Positions 55,020 to 64,000 of a stretch of 64,000 bases of DNA are shown here, one piece after another (the first letter of the stretch is position 1; each line of letters starts with the position of its first letter). Below the pieces are notes generated by a model. The model ran no database searches. It worked only from the letters and a program-made list of their open reading frames with translations, and was not told the origin of the DNA. Origin of the DNA: an uncultured Bacteroidales bacterium. GTDB lineage: Bacteria > Bacteroidota > Bacteroidia > Bacteroidales > CAIXZF01. The stretch spans positions 2,744-66,743 of the forward strand of contig CAZSQJ010000011.1 in the NCBI GenBank assembly GCA_964608665.1. Reading direction: 5' to 3'. A program made the position numbers and the translations under genes.

Positions 55020-57830
55020 TCAGGGCCTCATGATCACCTCCGTCACATTGCCCTGGCTGAACAGGGTGTGGGCATACTCCCTGATACGGGATGGTTCCAG
55101 CCCATCCACCAGTTCCCCGTAATCATTGATCATGTCAGTGCCGCTGAAGTAATAATCCGTCAGCATGTTGTCCCACCAGTTGTTTTCTTTCAGGTCTTCC
55201 TGCCTCTTTTTCAGAAAATACTCCCTTGCCTTCAGAAGGTCATCTTCCCTGGGTCCCTGCTCCTGCATCAGCCTGATCTCCCGGTGAACGATCCCGGCAA
55301 GCCTGTCGGCCTTCACCGGATCGGTGTCAAACATGACTGTCAGCTTCCATGCCGGCTCCGGAAACTGCTGGATATTCATGGAAACCCTTACGCTGTAAGT
55401 GCCTCCTTCATCCTCCCGGATGGATTCCGTGTACCTGAGTTCCAGACAGTGCCGCAGGGCTGCCGCAAGCATGCGCGACTCCCTGCTGACGGTCGTACTG
55501 CCGTGGTAACAGATCATCACTGAAGTCCGCGGCGTTTCGTTTTCCCGCCTGAAGTCTGCACTCACTTTGCCCCTGGGAGGTCTGATCCCGTCATCACCCG
55601 GTTTTTCCCTTTTCCCCTTTGCCGGAAGACTTGCCAGGTACTTCTCCACCAGCGGTTTTGCCGTTTCCGGATCGACATTGCCTGTCAGCAGTACCGTGAA
55701 ATCACCGGGATCTCCGAATCTTTCGCCATAGATCCGCTGCATTCTTTCCATGTCAATGTCATCGAGGACTTCCGCGGTCAGGGGGATGACTCTCGGGCTG
55801 CGGTTGCTCATCACCACGCTGATGGTATCGCTGAAAGCTTTGCGGGGATTGGAAGAGGCATTTACAAGCTGTGCGCGTTGCTTTTCTTTCCAGATGCCGA
55901 AGTCCTTTGCATCCCATCTTGGTTTGGTGAAATACAGGTGCATCAATTGCAGGGCAGTTTCAAGATCCTTCGGGGATGCACTGCCTGCCAGCAATTCCTG
56001 GTCGGAGCCTATCCCCGGACCGACCCCTGCTTTTTTTCCGGAGAGCATTTTCACCAGACCGGTCTTCGAATAATCACCCAGGCCCATGTCGGCCATAGCC
56101 CTGCTCATCAGTCCGGCTGCCGTAACATCTTCGTCGCGTAACAATGACATGCCGCCGGCGCTGAAAGCTTTTACAAGGATCTCATCCTCACGGAAATCTG
56201 TTTGCTTAATGATCACCCGCATGCCGTTTTCCAGGGTCCATTCCGTGGTTCCCAACAGGTCGTTTTTGGTGATGGCAGCCACCTTCCCCGCTGCAGGCCT
56301 GGTTTCCATCAGACTGCTTCCCTGCAGTTTATCCTCGTAAGGAGCAATATCCGCTGTGCTGAAGCCCGACAGCAGCTCCCTGATCGCCTGCACTCCCGGG
56401 ATGAAGATCCCTTCCTTTTCAGGACCGGTCACGGTAATGATCATGTTGGTGTCCATGATATAGCCCATGGCTGTGCGGTTGATCTCCTCCAGGCTGATCC
56501 CCGGCATCATGTGATTGGCAAACGCATATTCGTATTCGGTCCCCGGAGCGGGCTGACTGTTCAGAAAGCGGCCCAGCAGCGGCCGAAGTAACTCCCTGTT
56601 TTTCCGTTTATTCCTTTCAAGGTATCGCGATTCATAGTTTCGCAGGAGATTGGCTTTGGCCCTTTCCAGTTCAGAGGACGTAAACCCGTGTTTTCTGACC
56701 CTTTCCGTTTCCACCAGCAGGGCTCCCAGTGAAACCAGGGCTTCATTGTTCTTTGCCCTGGCAGAAACGGTAAATGCATCACAGGTCTTCACAAAAGACC
56801 CGTAATAACTGCCCGCACTAATGAAGGGCGGGTTTTCCTGCATGCCCAGTTCGTTCATCCGCTGGCCAAACATCTGGTTGATCAGGCTTCTGACCAGCTG
56901 GGTGCGCATATAGGCATGGTTCCTGGCATGTTCCGGGATGGCAGGATGCTTGTAAATCAGTTCAACACCCGTGCCTGTAGCTTCCTTGTCGGTGGCAATG
57001 CCGATAAGCACGTCATGGTTACCGGGCACCAGATGGGTTTCTTTCATGGTCGGCCCGCTCCTGGCCGGTATCCGTGAAAACAATTGCACGATCTTCATTT
57101 CCATGGTGTCGGGATTAAAATCCCCTGTCACGATCACGGCCTGAAGATCGGGTCGATACCATTTCCCATAGAAATCCCTGATCCTGTCGTGCGGGAAGTT
57201 GCGCAATACGGCAGTATCGCCGATCACATCGCGCCTGGCGTATTTGGACCCTTTAAAAATCACGGGTGCAAGCTTGTTGTTCATTCGTTCCCCGGCAGAG
57301 CCGTACATCCGCCACTCTTCGAGGATTACGCCCCGTTCCTTTTCAATCTCCGCCGGCTCGAACGATACCAGGTGCGCCCAGTCGAACAGTACCAGCAGAG
57401 CGCTGTCGATGATGTTCTCCCGCAGCAGCGGAACATTCGACAGGTTGTAAATAGTCTGCTCAACACCTGTCCCGGCATTCACATTCTGTCCGAATTTCAC
57501 CCCGATGGTGGCCAGGTAATCCAGCATGGTCTTGCCCGGGAAATGCTGTGTTCCGTTAAAAGCCATGTGTTCCGTAAAGTGTGCCAGGCCGTTCTGGTCG
57601 TCTTCTTCATCTATCGCACCAATTTTATTGGCCAGGAAGAACTCGGCCCGGTTTTCCGGGTATTTGTTGGCAATGAGAAAGTACTGCATACCGTTTTTCA
57701 GGATGCCGGATTTTACAGCGGGATCGGGAGGAGGGAAATCATTGAGGTTATATTCCTGGGCACCGAGCCGGCTGATCATGGCAAGGATCACCGCAAGAAC
57801 AGTGAGAAAGCCTGGTCTGATTGTTTTCAT
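55020..57830 (-). CDS. M16 family (pitrilysin/PqqL-like) zinc metallopeptidase, exported
   Basis: Signal peptide, GLAHFTEHMAFNG (HxxEH), ERGVILEEWR, FYGKWYRPD and LENGMRV. Confidence 0.93.
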   Translation of the reverse strand: MKTIRPGFLTVLAVILAMISRLGAQEYNLNDFPPPDPAVKSGILKNGMQYFLIANKYPENRAEFFLANKIGAIDEEDDQNGLAHFTEHMAFNGTQHFPGKTMLDYLATIGVKFGQNVNAGTGVEQTIYNLSNVPLLRENIIDSALLVLFDWAHLVSFEPAEIEKERGVILEEWRMYGSAGERMNNKLAPVIFKGSKYARRDVIGDTAVLRNFPHDRIRDFYGKWYRPDLQAVIVTGDFNPDTMEMKIVQLFSRIPARSGPTMKETHLVPGNHDVLIGIATDKEATGTGVELIYKHPAIPEHARNHAYMRTQLVRSLINQMFGQRMNELGMQENPPFISAGSYYGSFVKTCDAFTVSARAKNNEALVSLGALLVETERVRKHGFTSSELERAKANLLRNYESRYLERNKRKNRELLRPLLGRFLNSQPAPGTEYEYAFANHMMPGISLEEINRTAMGYIMDTNMIITVTGPEKEGIFIPGVQAIRELLSGFSTADIAPYEDKLQGSSLMETRPAAGKVAAITKNDLLGTTEWTLENGMRVIIKQTDFREDEILVKAFSAGGMSLLRDEDVTAAGLMSRAMADMGLGDYSKTGLVKMLSGKKAGVGPGIGSDQELLAGSASPKDLETALQLMHLYFTKPRWDAKDFGIWKEKQRAQLVNASSNPRKAFSDTISVVMSNRSPRVIPLTAEVLDDIDMERMQRIYGERFGDPGDFTVLLTGNVDPETAKPLVEKYLASLPAKGKREKPGDDGIRPPRGKVSADFRRENETPRTSVMICYHGSTTVSRESRMLAAALRHCLELRYTESIREDEGGTYSVRVSMNIQQFPEPAWKLTVMFDTDPVKADRLAGIVHREIRLMQEQGPREDDLLKAREYFLKKRQEDLKENNWWDNMLTDYYFSGTDMINDYGELVDGLEPSRIREYAHTLFSQGNVTEVIMRP

Positions 57831-57850
57831 GGTTGTTCTTTATATGTTTA

Positions 57851-57858
57851 CAAAGATA
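57851..57858 (-). promoter_or_regulatory. -7 promoter element (TATCTTTG) of the M16 peptidase
   Basis: caaagata, 20 bp upstream of the start. Confidence 0.55.
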
Positions 57859-57862
57859 TCGG

Positions 57863-57884
57863 AAACATTTGAATTCAAGTGTTT
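57863..57884. promoter_or_regulatory. 22-bp near-perfect palindrome AAACATTTGAATTCAAGTGTTT, candidate metalloregulator operator
   Basis: One mismatch; lies upstream of the metal ABC operon. Confidence 0.55.
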
Positions 57885-57927
57885 GTTGTTAATATGCGGC
57901 TGTTCTTCCGCAAAAAACAATGATGCA

Positions 57928-58860
57928 ATGAAAAAAGGTATCTTACTTACAGTAATTCCGGGGCTGGTGATGCTTCTCATCGCCGGCTGCAGGCCGGCTT
58001 CAGGCCCCGGGGAAAAGGGCGGCAAACTCAGGGTGCTGGCTACCACAGGGATGATCGGCGACCTGCTGAAGCAGATCGGAGGTGACAGCATCACCGTGGA
58101 TGTCCTGATGGGCCCGGGTGTTGATCCCCATCTTTACAGGGCCAGTGAAGGGGACGTCAGCAGGCTTGGCGGAGCTGACCTTGTTTTTTATCATGGCTTA
58201 CACCTGGAAGGAAAACTGGACAATATTTTTGAACGAATTCAAAGGAGTGGCCGCAAGGTGTTTGCGGTCACCGACACCATCGCGCCTGAACGCCTCATTG
58301 CATCCGGGGAATTTGCCGGAAACTACGATCCGCACCTTTGGTTCGACCTGGATTTGTGGGCCGACATAGCCGCCTATGTCAGCACGATTCTTGAAGGACA
58401 TGACCCGGAAAACAGGGATTATTACCGTGGAAATCTGCAGCGCTACCTGCGGGTGCTCGACACTGCCGATCAGGTGATCCGGGAAATGACCGAAGCTGTT
58501 CCACCGGATAAGAGGGTACTCATTACTGCCCATGACGCTTTTCATTACTTTGGAAGGAATTACGGATTTGAGGTGATCGGCCTGCAGGGTATCAGTACCA
58601 TAGCGGAGGCAGGTGTCAGGGATGTGCAGCAGCTCAGTGCCTTCATCGTTGAAAGGAAGATCCCTGCCATCTTTGTGGAAAGTTCCGTTTCTTCGAGGAA
58701 TATTGAAGCCCTGGTAGCTTCTGTCAACAGCAGGGGAGGGCATGTAAGCCTTGGTGGCAGCCTCTATTCTGATGCACTCGGCAATCCCGGCACTCCCCAG
58801 GACAACCTCGCCGGAATGATCACGTATAATGTCGAAACCATCACCCGGGCGCTTAAATAA
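57928..58860 (+). CDS. Mn/Zn/Fe ABC transporter substrate-binding lipoprotein (TroA/MntA-like)
   Basis: Lipobox [30 protein letters not shown] and LYSDALG. Confidence 0.93.
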   Translation: MKKGILLTVIPGLVMLLIAGCRPASGPGEKGGKLRVLATTGMIGDLLKQIGGDSITVDVLMGPGVDPHLYRASEGDVSRLGGADLVFYHGLHLEGKLDNIFERIQRSGRKVFAVTDTIAPERLIASGEFAGNYDPHLWFDLDLWADIAAYVSTILEGHDPENRDYYRGNLQRYLRVLDTADQVIREMTEAVPPDKRVLITAHDAFHYFGRNYGFEVIGLQGISTIAEAGVRDVQQLSAFIVERKIPAIFVESSVSSRNIEALVASVNSRGGHVSLGGSLYSDALGNPGTPQDNLAGMITYNVETITRALK

Positions 58861-58867
58861 TATTCCG

Positions 58868-59605
58868 ATGGAAATGAAGTATGCCGTTACTGTCGACGAC
58901 CTGACCGTTGCCTATAAATATAAACCGGTACTCTGGGATATCGACCTGAATATCCCTGAGGGTGTGCTGATGGCCATCGTGGGTCCCAACGGAGCGGGGA
59001 AATCAACCCTGATCAAGTCCATTCTCGACATTGTAAGGCCGGTTGCAGGGAATATCTCCATTTACGGCAAACCATACCGGGAGCAGCGCAGGCTGGTGGC
59101 CTATGTTCCGCAGAAGGGGAGTGTTGACTGGGATTTTCCGACTCATGCCCAGGATGTGGTGAGTATGGGTACTTACGGCAGGCTCGGATGGATCCGCAGG
59201 CCGGGAAGCAGGGAAAAGAAGGCGGCACTTGAGGCCCTGGAGAAGGTTGGCATGCTCGAATTCCGGCATCGTCAGATCAGCCAGTTGTCTGGTGGACAGC
59301 AGCAGCGAATCTTCCTGGCCCGGGCCCTGGTGCAGCAGGCAAGGGTGTATTTTATGGATGAACCCTTCCAGGGGGTGGATGCCACAACAGAAAAAGCCAT
59401 CATTCAGATATTGAAAGATTTGCGTCAGAGCGGCAAGACGGTGATAGTGGTACATCATGACCTTCAGACAGTTCCCGGGTATTTCGACTGGGTTACCTTT
59501 CTGAATGTCAGGAAAGTGGCCACCGGACCCGTGGGGGAGATCTTTAACGATGAAAACCTGGCGAGAACCTATGGCAATCAGTTTAAACCCGACATTCTAA
59601 GCTGA
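58868..59605 (+). CDS. Metal ABC transporter ATP-binding protein (TroB/MntB-like)
   Basis: [26 protein letters not shown] and VHHDL. Confidence 0.95.
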   Translation: MEMKYAVTVDDLTVAYKYKPVLWDIDLNIPEGVLMAIVGPNGAGKSTLIKSILDIVRPVAGNISIYGKPYREQRRLVAYVPQKGSVDWDFPTHAQDVVSMGTYGRLGWIRRPGSREKKAALEALEKVGMLEFRHRQISQLSGGQQQRIFLARALVQQARVYFMDEPFQGVDATTEKAIIQILKDLRQSGKTVIVVHHDLQTVPGYFDWVTFLNVRKVATGPVGEIFNDENLARTYGNQFKPDILS

Positions 59606-59606
59606 C

Positions 59607-60728
59607 ATGGATCCGGTAGAATATCTTTCCCTGCTGTTCAGCGATTATACACTCAGAACGATCAGTCTGGGAACTGCGCTGATGGGCCTTGTGTGCGGGG
59701 TGCTGGGCAGTTTTGCTTTGCTGCGCCGCCAGAGTTTGCTGGGTGATGCTGTTTCTCATGCGGCCCTGCCCGGCATCGTGCTTGCATTCATGATCACGGG
59801 TACCAAAGATCCATGGCTGTTTTTCCTCGGAGCCATACTCAGCGGCCTGGCCGCCGCGGTCTGGATTATCGGTATCAGTGCCCGTACACATCTCAAAACC
59901 GACACTTCTCTCGGGCTCGTGCTTTCCGTTTTCTTCGGACTGGGAATCCTGCTGCTGACCATGGTGCAGCGAAAACCCAATGCCAACCAGGCCGGGCTCG
60001 ACAGTTTTCTCTTCGGACAGGCTGCCACGCTCATGGTTTCCGATGTCATCATGATTGCCATTATCGGCCTGGTGAGCCTGATGCTGGTGGCTGTTTTCTG
60101 GAAGGAATTCAAACTGCTGTCGTTTGATCCGCAGTTTGCGGGTACACTCGGTTTTAAGATCAGGTGGCTGGATATCCTGCTTACTTCCCTTATCGTGGTG
60201 GCTATTGTGCTTGGTCTGCGGACAGTGGGAGTGGTGCTGATGAGCGCCATGCTGCTGGCACCTGCAGCCGCCGCACGGCAATGGACCAACAGCCTGGGAA
60301 CCATGGTGTTATTTGCCGGTGTTTTTGGCGCAATCGCAGGCCTCACCGGAACAGCGCTCAGCACTGTTTCAGATAAAACGGCTACAGGGCCTGTCATCGT
60401 TTTAAGTGCCACCCTCCTGGTCCTGGTCTCGTTTTTGTTCAGTCCGGGCCGCGGGCTGCTGTTCAGGCAGATCCGCCTGGTCCGCAACCGCAAACGCCTG
60501 CGCCTGAACAAAACCCTCGCGGTGATGTATGAGATTGCTTCGGCTCACGAGGAATTCAACCACCCGCATTCCATCAGCATCCTCAATGATTTCAGGGGGT
60601 ACAGTAAAAAATGCCTGCGGGAGCTGGAAGCCAGAAACCTCATCGTCTTGCAGGATAATACCTGGATGCTTACCCGCGAAGGCTACACAAAAGCAGGAAT
60701 GAATAACCCTGAAAGTCAACCGGGATGA
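59607..60728 (+). CDS. Metal ABC permease (TroC/MntC-like) with a C-terminal winged-helix-like tail
   Basis: SLLGDAVSHAALPG, FLFGQAA, SFDPQFA; about 90-aa cytoplasmic tail ending LRELEARNLI......MLTREG. Confidence 0.9.
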   Translation: MDPVEYLSLLFSDYTLRTISLGTALMGLVCGVLGSFALLRRQSLLGDAVSHAALPGIVLAFMITGTKDPWLFFLGAILSGLAAAVWIIGISARTHLKTDTSLGLVLSVFFGLGILLLTMVQRKPNANQAGLDSFLFGQAATLMVSDVIMIAIIGLVSLMLVAVFWKEFKLLSFDPQFAGTLGFKIRWLDILLTSLIVVAIVLGLRTVGVVLMSAMLLAPAAAARQWTNSLGTMVLFAGVFGAIAGLTGTALSTVSDKTATGPVIVLSATLLVLVSFLFSPGRGLLFRQIRLVRNRKRLRLNKTLAVMYEIASAHEEFNHPHSISILNDFRGYSKKCLRELEARNLIVLQDNTWMLTREGYTKAGMNNPESQPG

Positions 60729-61897
60729 GCAATCCACAGATAGAAATACAGCTCATCGCCGTGGTGGTTGCTGCAGCATGCGCCATACCGGGGGTGTTCC
60801 TCGTGCTCCGGAAAACGGCCATGATCAGCGATGCCATCAGCCATGCCATCCTCCCGGGTATCGTCGCCGGCTTCTTCCTGACCAGGGATCTCAGTTCTCC
60901 CTGGCTGGTGCTGATGGCCACCCTGACCGGAATGCTGACGGTGGTGCTTGTGGAAGTGACACATAAAACCGGACTGGTAAAGGAAGATGCCGCCATCGGC
61001 CTGGTTTTTCCGGCCCTGTTCAGTATCGGGGTCATCCTCATCGCCCGTTTTGCGGGTAGTATCCACCTCGATACGGATGTGGTACTCTCCGGGGAGATCG
61101 CTTTTGCCCCATTCGACAGGCTGTATGCCGGAAACACGGATCTGGGGCCAAAATCAATCTGGGTGATGGGAGGGATCCTGCTGATCAGTCTGACATTGCT
61201 GATTGTTTTCTATAAAGAACTGAAGATTAGCACCTTTGATCCAGAACTGGCGGCAACCCTCGGCTTTACACCCGTGCTGCTGCATTACAGCCTGATGCTG
61301 CTCACCTCTGTGACCACTGTAGGAGCATTCGATGCCGTGGGAGCCATCCTGGTGGTGGCCCTGATGATCGTTCCCGCAGGAATTGCCTACCTGCTCACCA
61401 GCAAGCTGAAGACGATGCTTTGGCTTGCCGTGGGTTCAGGCACCTTATCTGCCATTGCGGGGTACTGGCTGGCCCGCCGGCTCGATGGCAGCATCCCGGG
61501 CTCCATGGCCGTGGTACTCGGCCTGTTTTTCCTGCTCACCTATCTGTTCTCATCCCGCCATGGCGTGATCCCCGGTATTTTCAGGCTGAAGAGGCAGAAA
61601 AAGGAATACGCCCTGCTCACCTTCCTGCTCCATATCAAAAATCACAGCGGACCCGGACAGGATCCCGCCGAAAGGGATGTGTCACATCTGAACAGACATT
61701 TCAACTGGAGCGAAAAGACCGCCCGGATGGTGTTGAACCTGGCCGGGAAAAACAACCTGATCCAGATGCAGGATCAGTTCGTTTCCCTTACACCCAAGGG
61801 AGAAACATTCACGGAAGAAGCAGTCGGTGTCATCATCCATAACGAAAAAGCCGCACTGGAAAATATCAAGGGAAGGTTTCTGCTGTTCAGGGGGTAA
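60725..61897 (+). CDS. Metal ABC permease (TroD/MntD-like) with a C-terminal winged-helix-like tail
   Basis: MISDAISHAILPG, TFDPELA, VGAILVV; tail HFNWSEKTARMVL.....NLI......SLTPKG. Confidence 0.9.
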   Translation: MSNPQIEIQLIAVVVAAACAIPGVFLVLRKTAMISDAISHAILPGIVAGFFLTRDLSSPWLVLMATLTGMLTVVLVEVTHKTGLVKEDAAIGLVFPALFSIGVILIARFAGSIHLDTDVVLSGEIAFAPFDRLYAGNTDLGPKSIWVMGGILLISLTLLIVFYKELKISTFDPELAATLGFTPVLLHYSLMLLTSVTTVGAFDAVGAILVVALMIVPAGIAYLLTSKLKTMLWLAVGSGTLSAIAGYWLARRLDGSIPGSMAVVLGLFFLLTYLFSSRHGVIPGIFRLKRQKKEYALLTFLLHIKNHSGPGQDPAERDVSHLNRHFNWSEKTARMVLNLAGKNNLIQMQDQFVSLTPKGETFTEEAVGVIIHNEKAALENIKGRFLLFRG

Positions 61898-62015
61898 GTG
61901 ATTGGATAATAATTAATTAAACATTTATTGATGCTATTAAAACAAGCATTTGAATGCAATGTGTTAAAAATTTCTTAATAAAAAAGTAAAATAGTACCGA
62001 AATACTTTTGATGAT

Positions 62016-62023
62016 TATTTTTG
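62016..62023 (+). promoter_or_regulatory. -7 promoter element (TATTTTTG; a second match TACTTTTG at 62003-62010) upstream of the nos cluster
   Basis: TAnnTTTG matches in the AT-rich intergenic region. Confidence 0.45.
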
Positions 62024-62037
62024 CAAAAAATCTCATT

Positions 62038-62547
62038 ATGCAAACAACAATACCATATTCCGGAAAGAAACGCACGGCTTTGCTGGCAGCCATGTTTTCA
62101 GCTTTGAGCCTGATGATCTCCTGCGGCGGCAGGGAAACGATTACTGAAGAAGCTGCTGAGGCACCCCGGCAGGAAACTGAAGTCAATACGGAGGCCTCCA
62201 TCGCCGACAGTATGACCAACAAGGGGATCGGTCCCGTAAGCCAGGTGGCCCTCGGAGCCCTGGATGCAGGCATGTCAGCCAAAGGGAAAAGCCTTTTCGA
62301 CACCAAGTGTGCTTCCTGTCACAAGCTTGACAGCAAATACGTCGGACCTTCCCTGCAAGGTGTAACCAAACGGCGTACGCCCGAATGGATCATGAACCTG
62401 ATGTTGAATCCGGAGCAGATGATCAAGGAAGATCCCCTTGCCAAGAGTCTTTTTGAAAAGTATCTGGTACCGATGACCTTCCAGAATCTGACGGAAAGTG
62501 ATGCCCGCAGCATCCTGGAATATTTCAGGCAGCAGGACGGTGTTTAG
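62038..62547 (+). CDS. Monoheme cytochrome c lipoprotein of the type found upstream of clade II nosZ
   Basis: Lipobox MISC, CASCH heme motif, VGPSLQGVTKRRTPEWIMN. Confidence 0.9.
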   Translation: MQTTIPYSGKKRTALLAAMFSALSLMISCGGRETITEEAAEAPRQETEVNTEASIADSMTNKGIGPVSQVALGALDAGMSAKGKSLFDTKCASCHKLDSKYVGPSLQGVTKRRTPEWIMNLMLNPEQMIKEDPLAKSLFEKYLVPMTFQNLTESDARSILEYFRQQDGV

Positions 62548-62577
62548 TGTGTTGATCCATTAATAACAAATGATAAT

Positions 62578-64000
62578 ATGAATACAACTGGCCTTTCACA
62601 TTTATTCAGATATTCCGTTCTGGCGGGACTGGTTTTGTCCGTGCTGCTTGGCGGATGCGGGAAGAGGAAGTCATCAGGACTTGGTGACGGTGCGGATGCG
62701 GGAAATGCTGCCCGGGTCTATGTGGCTCCGGGACAATACGATGAATTCTATCTTTTCACCTCGGGAGGCTTCAGTGGCCAGATGGGGGTATATGGTCTGC
62801 CCTCGGGCCGCCTGCTCAAAGTGATCCCTGTTTTCTCCCAGAATCCTGAAAACGGATATGGATACAGTGAAGAAACCAAAGCCATGCTGATGACCACACA
62901 TGGTTTTTCACCCTGGGACGATGCCCACCACCCGGAATTCTCCATGAAGGATGGTCAGCCAGACGGCAAGTGGATTTTTATCAACGGAAACAATACACCG
63001 CGGGTTGCCCGCATCAGCCTTCAGTCTTTCCGGACGGAGGAAATCCTGGAAATTCCGGGTTCTGCCGGTAATCATGCATCCCCCTTTTGCACGGAAAACA
63101 CCGAGTATATCCTTGCCGGTACCAGGTTTGCAGTTCCGCCGGGCAACGATGACGTCCCGCTCAGTTCCTACAAGCAAAATTTTCGCGGGATGATCAGCTT
63201 CATTAAAGTTGATCCTGCCAACGGAGCCATGGATCTCGCCTTTCAGGTGGAAGCCCCCCCCTTCAACTGGGATCTGAGCCATAGCGGGAAAGGTCCTTCA
63301 CACGACTGGGCCTTCTTCAGTTGTTACAATACTGAGGAAGCGCATACCCTGTTGGAAGTGAATGCAAGTCAGCATGACAAGGACTTCATTCTGGCCCTGA
63401 ACTGGAAAAAGGCTGAAGAATATCTCAGCCAGGGCAAGGCGAGTGAAGTGAAACGTCCATATTACCGCAACCGTTTGGATCATGCGACCCATACTGCCGC
63501 ATCGGAGGTGCTGAATTCAGTTAAGGTGCTGAATCCCAATGATTGTCCCGGCATGCTGTACCTGATCCCATGTCCGAAGTCCCCGCACGGATGCGACGTT
63601 GACCCTTCAGGAGAATATATCGTGGGGGGAGGCAAACTTGCTTCCGTCATTCCGGTGTACGCCTTCTCAAAAATGATCAAAGCCATTGAAGGGGCTAAAT
63701 TCGATGGTGATTTTCAAGGAATTCCCATTATCAAATACGAAGAAGCCCTGGCGGGTGAAGTGCAGAAACCCGGATTAGGTCCCCTGCATACGGAGTTTGA
63801 CGGGAATGGCTATGCTTACACATCCATGTTCCTGTCGTCGGAGATCGTGAAATGGAAGATCGGAACCTGGGAAGTGGTCGACCGTGCACCCACCTATTAT
63901 TCGATCGGACATCTCTCCATTCCGGGGGGTGATTCAAGGAAACCTTACGGGAAATATGTGGTGGCGCTGAACAAGATTACCAAGGACCGCTATCTGCCCA
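62578..64000 (+). CDS. nosZ: Sec-dependent (clade II) nitrous-oxide reductase, 3'-truncated by the window edge
   Basis: My translation from ATG 62578: MNTTGLSHLFRYSVLAGLVLSVLLGGC...VYVAPGQYDEFYLFTSGGFSGQ...GLPSGRLLKVIPVFS...WDDAHHP...GNHAS...KSPHGCDV...GLGPLHTEF...VALNKITKDRYLP. No twin-arginine motif. Confidence 0.96.
   Translation, partial: MNTTGLSHLFRYSVLAGLVLSVLLGGCGKRKSSGLGDGADAGNAARVYVAPGQYDEFYLFTSGGFSGQMGVYGLPSGRLLKVIPVFSQNPENGYGYSEETKAMLMTTHGFSPWDDAHHPEFSMKDGQPDGKWIFINGNNTPRVARISLQSFRTEEILEIPGSAGNHASPFCTENTEYILAGTRFAVPPGNDDVPLSSYKQNFRGMISFIKVDPANGAMDLAFQVEAPPFNWDLSHSGKGPSHDWAFFSCYNTEEAHTLLEVNASQHDKDFILALNWKKAEEYLSQGKASEVKRPYYRNRLDHATHTAASEVLNSVKVLNPNDCPGMLYLIPCPKSPHGCDVDPSGEYIVGGGKLASVIPVYAFSKMIKAIEGAKFDGDFQGIPIIKYEEALAGEVQKPGLGPLHTEFDGNGYAYTSMFLSSEIVKWKIGTWEVVDRAPTYYSIGHLSIPGGDSRKPYGKYVVALNKITKDRYLP

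Noticed and set aside
57526-57927. Long N-terminal extensions in the ORF track (troA-like from 57526, sigma from 6699, VIT from 11200, coaX from 37507)
   Set aside because: They overlap neighbouring genes or promoters, and downstream ATGs give proper signal peptides or family-typical N-termini.
61928-61941. FNR/Crp box upstream of the nos cluster
   Set aside because: TTGAT-gcta-TTAAA matches only one half-site of TTGAT-N4-ATCAA in a very AT-rich stretch.

Overview
This 64-kb window comes from a Bacteroidota (Bacteroidia/Bacteroidales-like) chromosome. The assignment rests on TAnnTTTG -7 promoter elements, a T9SS C-terminal sorting domain, TonB-dependent receptors and typical Bacteroidota gene orders. 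Most of it is core or semi-core metabolism and envelope biology. Left half: the 3' end of a Wzc tyrosine kinase followed by cysD-cysN-kbl; TetR, Hsp20 and a DEAD-box helicase; an ECF sigma / zinc anti-sigma-TonB_C pair facing a VIT-VWA-TonB_C protein; a five-gene mevalonate cluster without HMG-CoA synthase; a secreted nuclease; LuxR-PAS with a TonB-dependent receptor; mrdA-rodA; and the first of two TMTC-like GT-C proteins. Right half: mce-carboxyltransferase-biotin carrier; the coaX...lptC-CNNM operon; a double-TetR RND efflux operon; the second TMTC-like protein; an M16 peptidase; a Mn/Zn/Fe ABC transporter whose two permeases carry winged-helix tails; and the start of a clade II nos cluster. 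nosZ runs off the right edge and is missing from the ORF track. One clearly accessory, AT-richer islet (~51.0-54.35 kb) encodes a divergent UDG-superfamily glycosylase, a double zinc-ribbon protein and an HTH-IrrE peptidase + DUF4411 PIN pair; it is the best candidate for an undescribed defence or stress module. No rRNA, tRNA, CRISPR array, integrase or transposase was recognised. All family assignments come from motif recognition by eye, not database searches.
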